Source: an uncultured Gemmatimonadales bacterium
GTDB taxonomy: Bacteria > Gemmatimonadota > Gemmatimonadetes > Gemmatimonadales > GWC2-71-9
NCBI GenBank assembly: GCA_963740175.1
Contig: CAVUDL010000004.1
Coordinates: forward strand, 1,600-65,599
DNA: 64,000 nucleotides
Direction of reading: 5' to 3'
Within the stretch, counting starts at the first letter, position 1; the number at the start of each line of letters is the position of its first letter. Positions 28,215 through 37,619 of this stretch are shown piece after piece. Under the pieces are notes generated by a model that did no database searches, had not been told where the DNA came from, and saw only the letters and a program-made list of their open reading frames with translations. The position numbers and the translations under genes are program-made.

Positions 28215-30263
28215 TGTCTGCAGCTGTTCTTTCTGGTTCTCCTCCGCCACCTTTGTCGCGATCTCGGGAGGCGCTTCGGCATACCCGTGTCGCTTCTGCC
28301 GGTGCGTGCCCCTCCCGTGGGTGATCGAATGCAGCGTCGTCGAATACTTGTAGAGCTCGGCCTCCGGCACGATGGCCCGCACTTTGGTCAATCGCCCGTC
28401 CGGCTCGGTGCCGAGGATGTGCCCCCGCCGAGCGCTGAGGTCGCCCATGACGTCGCCCAGTACGTCGTCCGGCGCCCAGGTCTCCACCTCCATCAGCGGC
28501 TCCAGCAACACCGGCCGGGCCTTGGGAGCCACGTTCCTGAAGGCGAGAATTCCGGCCATCTTGAACGACATCTCGTTGGAATCCACGTCGTGATAGGACC
28601 CGTCGAAGCACTCGACCTTGAAGTCCACCAGCGGATATCCTGCGATCACACCCCGAACGGCCGCTTCCTGAATGCCGCGGTCCACCGCGGGCACGTACTT
28701 GCCCGGGATCACCCCGCCCACAATCTCGTCCTCGAACTGGTACCCTGACCCGCGCGCCAGCGGTGCGATCCGGATCCAGCAGTCGCCATACTGACCCCGC
28801 CCGCCGGACTGCTTCTTGTGCTTGCCTTGCCCCTCGGCCTTTCCCTTGATCGTCTCACGGTACGCGATCCGCGGACGCACCAGCTCGGCGTGGACCCCGA
28901 ACTTGCGCTCCAGGCGATTGAGGATGGTGTCGAAGTGGCGCTCGCCCATCCCATGAATCAGGGTCTGGCCCAGCTCCGAGCTGTACTCGAAGTGGAAGGT
29001 CGGGTCTTCCTCGTGCAGCTTGTGGAGGCCGGCGGCCAGCTTGTCCTCCTCGCCCCGCTGCTTCACCACCACCGCCGAGGTGGCGACGGCCTCGGGGAAC
29101 GGGATCGGCGGTAGCCGCACCGGATCCTCGCGCCAGCAGAAGGTGTCGCCCGTGTGGGTGTCCTTGAGTTTGGCGACGGAGCCGATGTCTCCCGCGGACA
29201 GCCTCTCGACCTCGAAACGCTCCTTTCCCTGCTGCACCGACAGGTGATTCAGCTTCTCGATGGTCTCGTGCTCGGCATTGAAGACCTCGCCTCCGTTCCT
29301 GACCTCTCCGGTGTAGAGCCTGAACAGGGTCACATCGCCTACGTGCGACTCGGACAGAGTCTTGAAGACCCGCCCAACCAGGGGGGCGTCGGCCGGCGGC
29401 GTGACTTCTGCGGGTGAGGGGAACAGCTCCACCATCTTCTTGAGCAGCGTGCGGGTGCCGTAGGTCAGCTCGCCACTGCCGCAGAACAGGGGGACGATCT
29501 CGCCGTTGATGATGGCCTTCTTCACCGCACGGATGAAGGCATCGCGCGTGATTTCCCCGCCACCCAGATATCGCTCGATCAGCTCGTCGTCGGTGGACGC
29601 GACCGCCTCGGTGAGCTGTTCGCTGTACTGCTTGAAGAGCGACTCGTACTCAGGGGGGATGGGCACCACGTCGTATTCGCCGGTCTTGGTGCCCTTCTTA
29701 TAGAAGTGGCAGTGGCCGGAGAACAGGTTGATGATGCCATGGAAGTCGTGCCCGTCGCCCACGGGGATCTCTACCGGAACCACCTTGGGGGTCAGATGGG
29801 CCTTCACGTCATCGAAGACCCGCTCGAAGTCGGCGTGCTCCTTGTCCATCAACGAAACGAAGAGGATCCGGGGCAGATGCAGCTGGTCGCAGACTTCCCA
29901 GACTTTCTCGGTGCCCACCTCCACCCCGCCCGTGCCGCTGAGGACCACGACGGCGGCATCGGCCGCGTGCAGGCCGCTGACGACCTCGCCGAAGTAGTCG
30001 AGATATCCGGGAGTGTCGATGAGGTTGATCTTGGTGTCGAGCCATTCGGCGTAGCCGAGGCCCAGGTTGATGGAATGCTTGCGGTTGATTTCGTCGGGAG
30101 AGTAGTCGGTGAGCGTGGTACCGTCTTTGATCGAGCCGTGGCGCCGGCTGGCGGCGGAAACGAAGGCGAGCGCGTCAACCAGGGATGTCTTACCGCTGGC
30201 GCCGTGCCCGACGAACGCCACGTTTCTTATGGCGCTGGAGCCATAGACCTTCATGGCCTCCAC
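28209..30263 (-). CDS. elongation factor G family GTPase (non-canonical EF-G paralog)
   Basis: 684 aa. G1 motif GHGASGKT and G3 motif DTPGYLDYFGE, with a five-domain EF-G length and a C-terminal EFG_IV/C-like region. Confidence 0.9.
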   Translation of the reverse strand: MEAMKVYGSSAIRNVAFVGHGASGKTSLVDALAFVSAASRRHGSIKDGTTLTDYSPDEINRKHSINLGLGYAEWLDTKINLIDTPGYLDYFGEVVSGLHAADAAVVVLSGTGGVEVGTEKVWEVCDQLHLPRILFVSLMDKEHADFERVFDDVKAHLTPKVVPVEIPVGDGHDFHGIINLFSGHCHFYKKGTKTGEYDVVPIPPEYESLFKQYSEQLTEAVASTDDELIERYLGGGEITRDAFIRAVKKAIINGEIVPLFCGSGELTYGTRTLLKKMVELFPSPAEVTPPADAPLVGRVFKTLSESHVGDVTLFRLYTGEVRNGGEVFNAEHETIEKLNHLSVQQGKERFEVERLSAGDIGSVAKLKDTHTGDTFCWREDPVRLPPIPFPEAVATSAVVVKQRGEEDKLAAGLHKLHEEDPTFHFEYSSELGQTLIHGMGERHFDTILNRLERKFGVHAELVRPRIAYRETIKGKAEGQGKHKKQSGGRGQYGDCWIRIAPLARGSGYQFEDEIVGGVIPGKYVPAVDRGIQEAAVRGVIAGYPLVDFKVECFDGSYHDVDSNEMSFKMAGILAFRNVAPKARPVLLEPLMEVETWAPDDVLGDVMGDLSARRGHILGTEPDGRLTKVRAIVPEAELYKYSTTLHSITHGRGTHRQKRHGYAEAPPEIATKVAEENQKEQLQTA

Positions 30264-30320
30264 CTCCTAGGATGGGTTGGATTTTGAAGGTGGGGTCGGA
30301 ACGCGGAGATGTCAAATGGG

Positions 30321-30445
30321 GAAGGCTGGCTATTAGCTATTGGCTATTGGCTATTGGCTACGCCGGTGACTTACGAAGCTCCCCCTCGAAGCTGGAGATC
30401 CGCGCGGCCAAGGTGCCAGCCAATAGCCAATAGCCAATAGCCTTC
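30321..30445. repeat. long hairpin: perfect 23-bp stem made of tandem GCTATTG heptamers, ~60-nt loop
   Basis: gctattggctattggctattggc (30336..30358) is the exact reverse complement of gccaatagccaatagccaatagc (30419..30441). Confidence 0.8.
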
Positions 30446-30450
30446 TCGAC

Positions 30451-31026
30451 CTACTTCACCTCTCTACCCACGGCCTGCACGTCGCCGCCGGTCACTTCCC
30501 GCTGCTTTCCGATGTTCGGGGGCGTGCCGGTCACCATGCCCTTGACCAGCTCGAACAGCACCAGCGGCTTGGGCTTGTCCACCTTCAGGTAGGTGACCGA
30601 GTGGACCTCTACCAGGATCAGGGCGAGTCTGGGATCGTCCGGCCCGCCATCGCGCTGGCCGCCCTCGTCACCGAACCATGCCTTCCAATCGGGGCGATAC
30701 AACTCGTGGATCGCCATGCGGTCCTGCGATATCATGGCGGTGCCGCTCACCGAGACCCACTCCCGGCTGCCGTCCCGGTAGTACGAGAGGTTGACGTGGG
30801 GATCGAAGCTCAGCTCATCCAGCTTGTTGGACTCGATGTCGGTCACGAACCAGAGATCGGTGCCCTCCGCCTGAGTCTGGGTCGCCATCGCACGGGAAAC
30901 CAGGTGGCCGTCCGGGCGGCGGGTGGTGAACATGGCGATCTCGATCCCCTCGATGAGGTTATAGAGGTCCTCGATCTTCTTGCCGAGTGGGGCGTTGTCG
31001 CGGTTAACGTCGCTGGCTTTGCTCAT
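30451..31026 (-). CDS. pyridoxamine 5'-phosphate oxidase-like FMN-binding protein (general stress protein 26-like)
   Basis: Internal ATG at 31026 (MSKASDVNRDN...). The stretches IAMFTTRRPDGHLVSRAM and WVSVSGTA are typical of this family. Confidence 0.75.
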   Translation of the reverse strand: MSKASDVNRDNAPLGKKIEDLYNLIEGIEIAMFTTRRPDGHLVSRAMATQTQAEGTDLWFVTDIESNKLDELSFDPHVNLSYYRDGSREWVSVSGTAMISQDRMAIHELYRPDWKAWFGDEGGQRDGGPDDPRLALILVEVHSVTYLKVDKPKPLVLFELVKGMVTGTPPNIGKQREVTGGDVQAVGREVK

Positions 31027-31158
31027 GCTGGACGGCTCGGCGTTGAGATGGTTCATAAGAGTTGCTGCACATGGCACCTATTTAAGGTCACTCGGTGACC
31101 GGGCGAAAGGCCGTCCGTCACATCCGAGCTTCCCATCAACCCGAACCCGCTGCCCCGC

Positions 31159-32376
31159 TTACTTCAGCCAGTTCACGAAAAAGGTGATGATGATCGCATT
31201 CGTGAAATCGATGAAGAACGCCCCTACCAGCGGGACTATAAGGAAAGCCCGGGGCGCGGCTCCGAATCGAGCCACCAGGGCCCGCATGTTGGCCACCGCA
31301 TTCGCCGTGGTGCCGAGCACGAAGCCGATGAACCCGCTCGCCATCACCGCCGACTCGTAGTCCTTTCCCATGACCCGGAACGAGACGGTCAGCGCGAACA
31401 GCAGCACCAGAATCACCTGGGCCACCAGGATCACGAAGAGTGGCAACGCCAATCCCGCCAGCTCCCACAGCTTCAGGCTCATGAGAGCGACAACCAGGAA
31501 GATGTTCAGCGCCAGATTGCCCATGAACTCCATGGCCCGCTGGTCGATCCGAAGCCACCGGGTGCCGTCATCCAGATTTCGGAGCACTGAGGCCACCAGC
31601 ATCGCGCCGATGTACCCCGGCATGGTGATCCCCCGCGACTGGATGAAGGAGCTGACCAGGCTACCCAGCCCCATGGCCAGGGCCAGCACCGCCATGTTGC
31701 GCATGAGTGAGGTGTCTTCCCGATCAACCTCCACCACCAGCGTCTCCGACGGAGATTCCAGCTCCGATTCCCTTTCCTGCGCCGCCATGGCTCCGGAGCC
31801 GGTGGGCTTGAGATTGAAACGGCGGATCAGGTAGGTACCGACCGGCCCCCCAACTAACCCGCCACATACGATGCCGGCGGTCGCCGCTGTGAGCGCCAGC
31901 GGCCCTGCGCCTCTCAGCCCCGCCTGCTCGAACACCGGCGCAAAGGCGAGCCCGGTAGCGGGGCCACCCACCAGCGTCACCGAGCCCGCCATGACGCCGA
32001 GCAACGGGTTCTCGCCGAACCCAAGCGCGATCGCGATGCCGGTGAAGTTCTGCACGAAGCAGAAGATGGTTGCGAGCACCAGGAAGATCAGCACCTGGAT
32101 GCCACCGACCCGGAGCAGCGCCAGGCTCGCGCTCATTCCGATGGAGGTGAAGAAGGCGACGCTGAGCGTGGACTGAAGCGCGGTGTCGAGCTGGACGGCG
32201 ACACCCCGCTCACGCAGCAGGATCACCAGCAGCGTGAAGCCGAGCCCACCCACCACGGCCGCCGGAATGTTGAGCCGGTCCAGCCAGCGGACCCGCTTCT
32301 TGAGCTGGATGCCGCCGAAGTAGACCAAGGCGGCCAGGCTCAGCGTCTGGAGCAAGTCGAGCTTGATGTCGGTCAT
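31159..32376 (-). CDS. gltS: sodium/glutamate symporter GltS
   Basis: 405 aa, collinear with the E. coli GltS sequence as I remember it: LKLWELAGLALP, GKDYESAVMASGF.GF.LGTTANAVANM, VPLVGAFFIDF.NA. Confidence 0.9.
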   Translation of the reverse strand: MTDIKLDLLQTLSLAALVYFGGIQLKKRVRWLDRLNIPAAVVGGLGFTLLVILLRERGVAVQLDTALQSTLSVAFFTSIGMSASLALLRVGGIQVLIFLVLATIFCFVQNFTGIAIALGFGENPLLGVMAGSVTLVGGPATGLAFAPVFEQAGLRGAGPLALTAATAGIVCGGLVGGPVGTYLIRRFNLKPTGSGAMAAQERESELESPSETLVVEVDREDTSLMRNMAVLALAMGLGSLVSSFIQSRGITMPGYIGAMLVASVLRNLDDGTRWLRIDQRAMEFMGNLALNIFLVVALMSLKLWELAGLALPLFVILVAQVILVLLFALTVSFRVMGKDYESAVMASGFIGFVLGTTANAVANMRALVARFGAAPRAFLIVPLVGAFFIDFTNAIIITFFVNWLK

Positions 32377-32409
32377 CGAGAGAAGGTTCGGGGTTGGTGG
32401 CCCGGGCGA

Positions 32410-33567
32410 TTACGGGGTCAGGACCCCGCGCGCGATCGAGAGGCAGTCGCCACCCGAGCTGAAGAGGTAAAACGTCTTGCCGTCGGCGCTCATGTACTTG
32501 GTCGGAATGTCCGCCCGCTCGCCCGAGCCCCAGCCGGTGGAACGGCACCCGGTGGTGCTGGTGCCGCCCGGCCAGGTGCCGTTGCTCCAGAACACCGTCT
32601 CCCACGGACCCCACGGATTGGAGGACAGCAGCACGGCCAGGCCTCCGTAGAAGCGCATCCCTTCGTCGGGCGTCTCCGGAGTCGGATCCACGATCAGCGA
32701 AAGCATGAACTTCCGGAGACCCGGGTTCCAGCTCATGCCGGCGCGCGGGTTGAACTTGGTGCCGGCCCGGAACAGGATCGGCTTCGCCGCGCTCGCCAGC
32801 GAGCACCAAGCCGGTGTGCTCGAACTGCCGCAGAAGAATTTCCAGTTGGCTCGGCCATTCAGATTGACGCGCGAGCCGCGTATCAGTCCGAACGCGGGCA
32901 CCAGAGTGTACGCGCTGTTGCTCACGCTCCCGGTCGTGCCGGACCCCATCGGCACCACGGCATACACGTAATCGGCCGGGCCGCCGGCATACCCCTGCCC
33001 GTACTGCACGAACGACGCGTAGCCGACTTCGGGTAGGGTAAAGTTGGCCCAGATGAAGTCGGGCGACGCGGTGTTGTAGTTGCCGGAGGACTTGAGCCTG
33101 ACCCCCGTCCCTCCGGCGTTGATGTTGCGAATCCATTGCCAGAGCCTGCCGCCGGCGTGCAGCATTCCTGCGGCCTTCTCGCTGGCCGGCCCCTCGCCCA
33201 TCGCATCCACTCCGGCCCCGACTCTGGTGTCGTCCCAATTAAGTGGATCGCCGGTCGGCACCGCGGTGAACGATACTCCATACGCCGAGGTGCCGGAGAT
33301 TCTTCCGAACCCCATGCCGATTTTCTGCGGTACGCCCGCCGGACGGCAGTCGCCAAACGCCGTGTAGAGATTTCCGTTCGGAGCCCAGGTGGGAGTCCAC
33401 GAGTCGCAGCCGCGGGTGCTGGCGATCTGTTTCATCTGTGACTGTGGATCCCAGGTGATCGTGCTCGCCACCGCCTGCGCCAGCTCCAGAAGTGTCTCGT
33501 CCGCCGAGCCGCTGCAGGCCACCAGACAAACTATCGGGCCATATAGCAGCACATGCCTCGGTGTCAT
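32410..33567 (-). CDS. secreted hypothetical lipoprotein (cassette copy 1, gene A1)
   Basis: 385 aa with lipobox LVACSG. It is a paralog of 47613..48810, roughly two-thirds identical by eye. Confidence 0.7.
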   Translation of the reverse strand: MTPRHVLLYGPIVCLVACSGSADETLLELAQAVASTITWDPQSQMKQIASTRGCDSWTPTWAPNGNLYTAFGDCRPAGVPQKIGMGFGRISGTSAYGVSFTAVPTGDPLNWDDTRVGAGVDAMGEGPASEKAAGMLHAGGRLWQWIRNINAGGTGVRLKSSGNYNTASPDFIWANFTLPEVGYASFVQYGQGYAGGPADYVYAVVPMGSGTTGSVSNSAYTLVPAFGLIRGSRVNLNGRANWKFFCGSSSTPAWCSLASAAKPILFRAGTKFNPRAGMSWNPGLRKFMLSLIVDPTPETPDEGMRFYGGLAVLLSSNPWGPWETVFWSNGTWPGGTSTTGCRSTGWGSGERADIPTKYMSADGKTFYLFSSGGDCLSIARGVLTP

Positions 33568-33723
33568 CTATCCTCGTCGATGCAGGGCGACCCCTTCGGG
33601 CGCCCTCGGGTCCAATACGCAAGGGGACCAAGTCTCGCCTTGACCTGCGGGTACCCGGTCCGTACCCTATGCTCACCCGGAACGCCCGGTCCCGCCCGTC
33701 TCACGGAACGCAGGGAGAGTGCA

Positions 33724-35472
33724 GTGGCACACATAAGATGGCTCATCGTCCCCGCACTCGCCTCCGGCTGCATGAACGCCGAGCCCACCACCGGTCCACC
33801 CCACGAAGTTGCCGTCACCAGCGTCGCCGCCACCGATCCCACCGTCCCCTTCCGCTGGGGCACCGCCACTCCCGAAAGCCAGGGGATGTGTGGCAGCACC
33901 AAGCGGCTCGGCTGCACCCGGACCCTGCTGAGCATCTGGAACACCATCAGCAACCCGATCCACAACACCAAAAAGTTCCTGGTCATCCGGAACGACAAGA
34001 TCATCTACGATAAGGGCGGCACACTGCCCTATGCCGTGTACTCCGCCTCCAAGGGGCTCCTGGGAGCGCCGACGCTGGTGCACGCCATGAGCAAGTGTGG
34101 TGTCGGCCTCACCGATCCGGCCGCTCACTGGCTGGCCCACGGCGAGGGAGCCAAGTGGGGCACGACCTATCCGTGGAACGCCATCACGGTGGAACAGCTG
34201 GCCACGCACACCAGCGGCGTGTGCGACTATGGTAACACCAGCACAGTCTGCCGCAATGAGTACCCGGGCTGGCAGCTGGCCTACGATCGGGCCGATCTCG
34301 GTGGAACTAAGTACCTCTACCCCGGCGACGCGTTCACCATCGCGCGCGCGAAGGCCGAGCAAAACCGGGAGCCTGCTGCTCCCGGCAGCGTCCACGAGTA
34401 CAGCAACGTTGGACACGGACTGATGAACTATGTGGTGCAGCGGGCCTGCGGCCAGAAGCTCACCGACATCTTTGACCTCTACATCAAGCAGCTGGGTATG
34501 GGATCAGCGGCCTTTCCGGCCGTGATCTACACCGATGAGGGCCAGGTGTTCAACCAGAGCACCGGGGTCGCCAAGTGGAAGGGGTTGGATGGGGCGGCGG
34601 TTCTGCGCCTGGCGGGGCGACTGGGGATCTGGGAGAACCAGAACGTGGAGCCGGTCAAGTACTGGCACGCTGTCACCAAGATTGCCGGCAACATCCCCGC
34701 GGCTGCCGCCGCCGGGTGGGGCGTAGTCTACGAAAACAACTCGGCCAACAGGTGGACCAAGACCTCGGGCCACCGGCGGCTCTCGAACGAGACGTTCGGC
34801 CACGGCGGCAACTACAGCACCGTCTTCCTCAACGATCCGCTCAGCAGCACCATCATCGTGCGCCAGGGCGAGAACAACGCCACCAGCGCCTCGTATCTCA
34901 CCAAGAATGGCTGCGTGGCGGGATGGACCGGAACCGCACCGACCTGCACCACGGGAAAGGATTGGAACAACAACTGGGGTATTTCCACCAGCGTGCAGGG
35001 CTGGCCCGAAGTCGGACCCCGAATCAAGCTGGTTGATCCACTGCAGGAGGCCTTCTTCTTCCCGCCGCCATTCTGCCGGATGACGGCGGCAGCCGGCGCG
35101 GCCGTGGACAACGCCACCGACGTCTACGACGTGGCGCCGGACGCCACCACAGTGGATCTCACGGCGTCCATCCAGGTGAACCCCCGGGAAGGTGCCGGCT
35201 CATCGGTGGTGAGCAAGGTCGAGTTCTATAAGGAAAGCGGCGGCGCTCCGGCGGAATACATCGGAGACGGAACGCCGGTGCCCGGGACCAGTCCGGCGCA
35301 GTATCAGCTGGCGTATGACGCGGAAGCCCATGGGCCGCCGGACGAGGTGAGGACCTACTTCGCCAACTGCATCGCCCAGTCAACGATAGATCCCACCCGC
35401 AAGGTTCCGTCCTACTCTCGGCCGGTGCGGGTGCGGCGGCTGGGGACGGGAGAGACGGCGGTAAGGCGGTAA
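33724..35472 (+). CDS. serine hydrolase, beta-lactamase/PBP-like (SxxK) with C-terminal extra domain (cassette copy 1, gene B1)
   Basis: GTG at 33724 in the frame of ORF 33553..35472 (VAHIRWLIVPALASGC lipobox). Motifs: YSASKG (SxxK), EYSNVGHGL (YxN). It is a paralog of 48846..50600. Confidence 0.8.
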   Translation: MAHIRWLIVPALASGCMNAEPTTGPPHEVAVTSVAATDPTVPFRWGTATPESQGMCGSTKRLGCTRTLLSIWNTISNPIHNTKKFLVIRNDKIIYDKGGTLPYAVYSASKGLLGAPTLVHAMSKCGVGLTDPAAHWLAHGEGAKWGTTYPWNAITVEQLATHTSGVCDYGNTSTVCRNEYPGWQLAYDRADLGGTKYLYPGDAFTIARAKAEQNREPAAPGSVHEYSNVGHGLMNYVVQRACGQKLTDIFDLYIKQLGMGSAAFPAVIYTDEGQVFNQSTGVAKWKGLDGAAVLRLAGRLGIWENQNVEPVKYWHAVTKIAGNIPAAAAAGWGVVYENNSANRWTKTSGHRRLSNETFGHGGNYSTVFLNDPLSSTIIVRQGENNATSASYLTKNGCVAGWTGTAPTCTTGKDWNNNWGISTSVQGWPEVGPRIKLVDPLQEAFFFPPPFCRMTAAAGAAVDNATDVYDVAPDATTVDLTASIQVNPREGAGSSVVSKVEFYKESGGAPAEYIGDGTPVPGTSPAQYQLAYDAEAHGPPDEVRTYFANCIAQSTIDPTRKVPSYSRPVRVRRLGTGETAVRR

Positions 35473-35488
35473 GGCTGTAAGGCGGTAA
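35457..35488. repeat. tandem 8-mer (GGCGGTAA) x4 overlapping the B1 stop codon
   Basis: ggcggtaa ggcggtaa ggctgtaa ggcggtaa. The CDS stop TAA (35470..35472) lies in unit 2. Confidence 0.9.
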
Positions 35489-35626
35489 ACTTTCGGCTCC
35501 TCACAGGGGTGGGGTCTTCCACGGGCAGGCTCCAGCCGGAGCACTGCGTTCTTTTGTGCGAAGGCGGGAGTCCTGCCCGCAATTATCAGGGCGGGGCGAG
35601 GCAGGTTCCTACCACGGGGAACTCCA

Positions 35627-36037
35627 ATGAAAACTCAACGCCTTCTCATTGTCTTAACCGTCTTCAATGTTCTGGCCCTGGCCGTATCTCTTAGTCAGAC
35701 ACGAACCGCCCTGGCAGGTGGCCCCGCACCGGTACTGCGCGGCCGGGCGCTCGAGATCGTGGACGACCGCGGTCGAGTGCGCGCGAGTATCTCGGTCCTG
35801 CCGGCGGATCCCGACTTCGAGATGCCGGACGGCAAGCGGGGATATCCGGAGACGGTGCTGCTCCGGCTGATAACTGCCGAGGGGCGGCCCAATGTGAAGC
35901 TGGGAACCACCCAGCGCGGAGCAGGCCTGCTGGTGGGCGGCGAAGCCGATCCGACCTACGTGCAGGTGCTAGCGGAAGGTCCCTCCACCACAGTGAAGCT
36001 CAGCGAGCGGAACGGGGTGCGAGTGATCCAGCCTTAG
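35627..36037 (+). CDS. hypothetical secreted protein
   Basis: 136 aa with signal peptide MKTQRLLIVLTVFNVLALAVSLSQ and a GGGGA RBS. Confidence 0.55.
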   Translation: MKTQRLLIVLTVFNVLALAVSLSQTRTALAGGPAPVLRGRALEIVDDRGRVRASISVLPADPDFEMPDGKRGYPETVLLRLITAEGRPNVKLGTTQRGAGLLVGGEADPTYVQVLAEGPSTTVKLSERNGVRVIQP

Positions 36038-36049
36038 CTCCACCCCAGA

Positions 36050-37510
36050 TCACTGAGGTACAATCTTGTACACTCCGCCCTGCCTGGTAGTCAGGTACAG
36101 CTCGCCGGCGTCGTCTTTTCCGAAGCTGGTGATTTGTCCGCCCGGCGCGAGCGCGGGCCAATCGGTCTGATCGACGGCCACGCCGGCTTCCACACGAAAA
36201 CTGTGGACCCAGCCGAGGCAGAAGTCGGCGTAGAAGTATTTCCCCTCGTGTCCGGTCAGCGCGGCACCGCGATACACGTACCCGCCGGTGACCGAGCATC
36301 CCTCGTCGTGGCTGTACTCCACCACCGGCAAGCTGATCCCCGTCTCATCGCATCCCGCCCGGGAGCAATGCCTTCCCTCCATCAGGCTCCAGCCGAAGTT
36401 GACCCCTCGGCCCGCCCCCTCGCCGGCGCTGGAGTAGTTCACCTCTTCCCACTGACTCTCGCCGACTTCCCCGATATAGAGATCCCCGTTGGCCGGATCG
36501 AAGCTGAAGCGCCACGGGTTTCGGAGCCCGTAGCTCCAGACCTCCGGCCGCGCACCGGCGGTGGTCACGAAGGGGTTGTCGGCCGGCACAGCATAGGGGC
36601 TGGCCGAGGAAACGTCGATCCTGAGGATCGAGCCGAGCAGATCAGCAAGCGATTGGCCCCGGCCGCCGTCGCTGTCGTCGCCGTCGCCCAGGCCGATGTA
36701 GAGCATGCCGTCCGGCCCGAAGACGAGCTGGCCGCCGAAGTGGGCCTGCCCCGGACGAGTGACTTCGAGCACGAGCGACTCGGTCGGATCGGCGCGGTCG
36801 GGGTCGGCGGACGCGCGGAACAGCGAGATACGGCTGGCGCCGGAGAAATCGGAATAGTGGACCAGGAACCGTCCGCTGGTGGCGTAGTCGGGGAAGAAGG
36901 CGAGCCCCAGCAGTCCCGACTCGCCCGCGGTGGACATCACCTTGCTGGTAATATCGAGGAACGGCGCGTCCAGTACGGCCCCGTCCTTGATCACGCGGAT
37001 GACGCCGCCCTTCTGCACCACGAACAGCCGGCTGTCACCCGGCGGCGAGGCCACGTAGAGCGGAAAGGTCAGGCCGGTGGCGACTTCCTGCAGTGCCGGC
37101 GTAACGGTGGCAGGAGGTGGGACGGGGGTGGAGGTCACCGTGATCGTCAGGCTCCCCGCAACCTCATCGGCGGTGGCGCTGATCTGGACCGGCCCCGCCG
37201 CCAGACCGCTGACCAGTCCGGACGAGGACACCGATGCCAGCGTGCCGTCGCTGGTCGCCCAGTTGAAAGTGCGGCCATCGAGCACGTTACCAGCTGCGTC
37301 CCGGGCGGATGCCGTAAGCTGAAGCGTCTGGCCCACCTCGACCGTGGTCACCGGCGCCGTGACCGTCACCTGCGCCACCGGCGCGGGGTCGGGCGGGGGC
37401 GTAATGTCAGTACCCCCCTCGTCACCGCAGGACGCGAGCAATGGGATCAAGGCAAGAACGGCTGCGAAGACGCGGAGCGTCCCGGGCCGATTGGTGAAGG
37501 GGTTTGGCAC
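36050..37510 (-). CDS. PQQ-dependent sugar (glucose/sorbosone) dehydrogenase-like beta-propeller with N-terminal Ig-like domain, lipoprotein
   Basis: 486 aa with lipobox LLASCG. Motifs: GLLGLAFFPDY, HFGGQLVFGPDGMLYIGLGDG, WSYGLRNPWRFSFD, GDLYIGEVGESQWEEVN. Confidence 0.8.
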   Translation of the reverse strand: MPNPFTNRPGTLRVFAAVLALIPLLASCGDEGGTDITPPPDPAPVAQVTVTAPVTTVEVGQTLQLTASARDAAGNVLDGRTFNWATSDGTLASVSSSGLVSGLAAGPVQISATADEVAGSLTITVTSTPVPPPATVTPALQEVATGLTFPLYVASPPGDSRLFVVQKGGVIRVIKDGAVLDAPFLDITSKVMSTAGESGLLGLAFFPDYATSGRFLVHYSDFSGASRISLFRASADPDRADPTESLVLEVTRPGQAHFGGQLVFGPDGMLYIGLGDGDDSDGGRGQSLADLLGSILRIDVSSASPYAVPADNPFVTTAGARPEVWSYGLRNPWRFSFDPANGDLYIGEVGESQWEEVNYSSAGEGAGRGVNFGWSLMEGRHCSRAGCDETGISLPVVEYSHDEGCSVTGGYVYRGAALTGHEGKYFYADFCLGWVHSFRVEAGVAVDQTDWPALAPGGQITSFGKDDAGELYLTTRQGGVYKIVPQ

Positions 37511-37619
37511 AGCGCCTCCGGGGGTGGGGCTATTGGGACTCGCGACTGGTTTCCTGCTGCTGATAACTTACAGGCCAAATGCGGTTCGGGCGATGAAGCA
37601 GGCTTAACCGGGATATCGC

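Noticed and set aside
28209-30263. EF-G paralog as a Tet(M)-type ribosomal protection or resistance gene
   Set aside because: I cannot distinguish these subfamilies by eye, and there is no resistance-island context.
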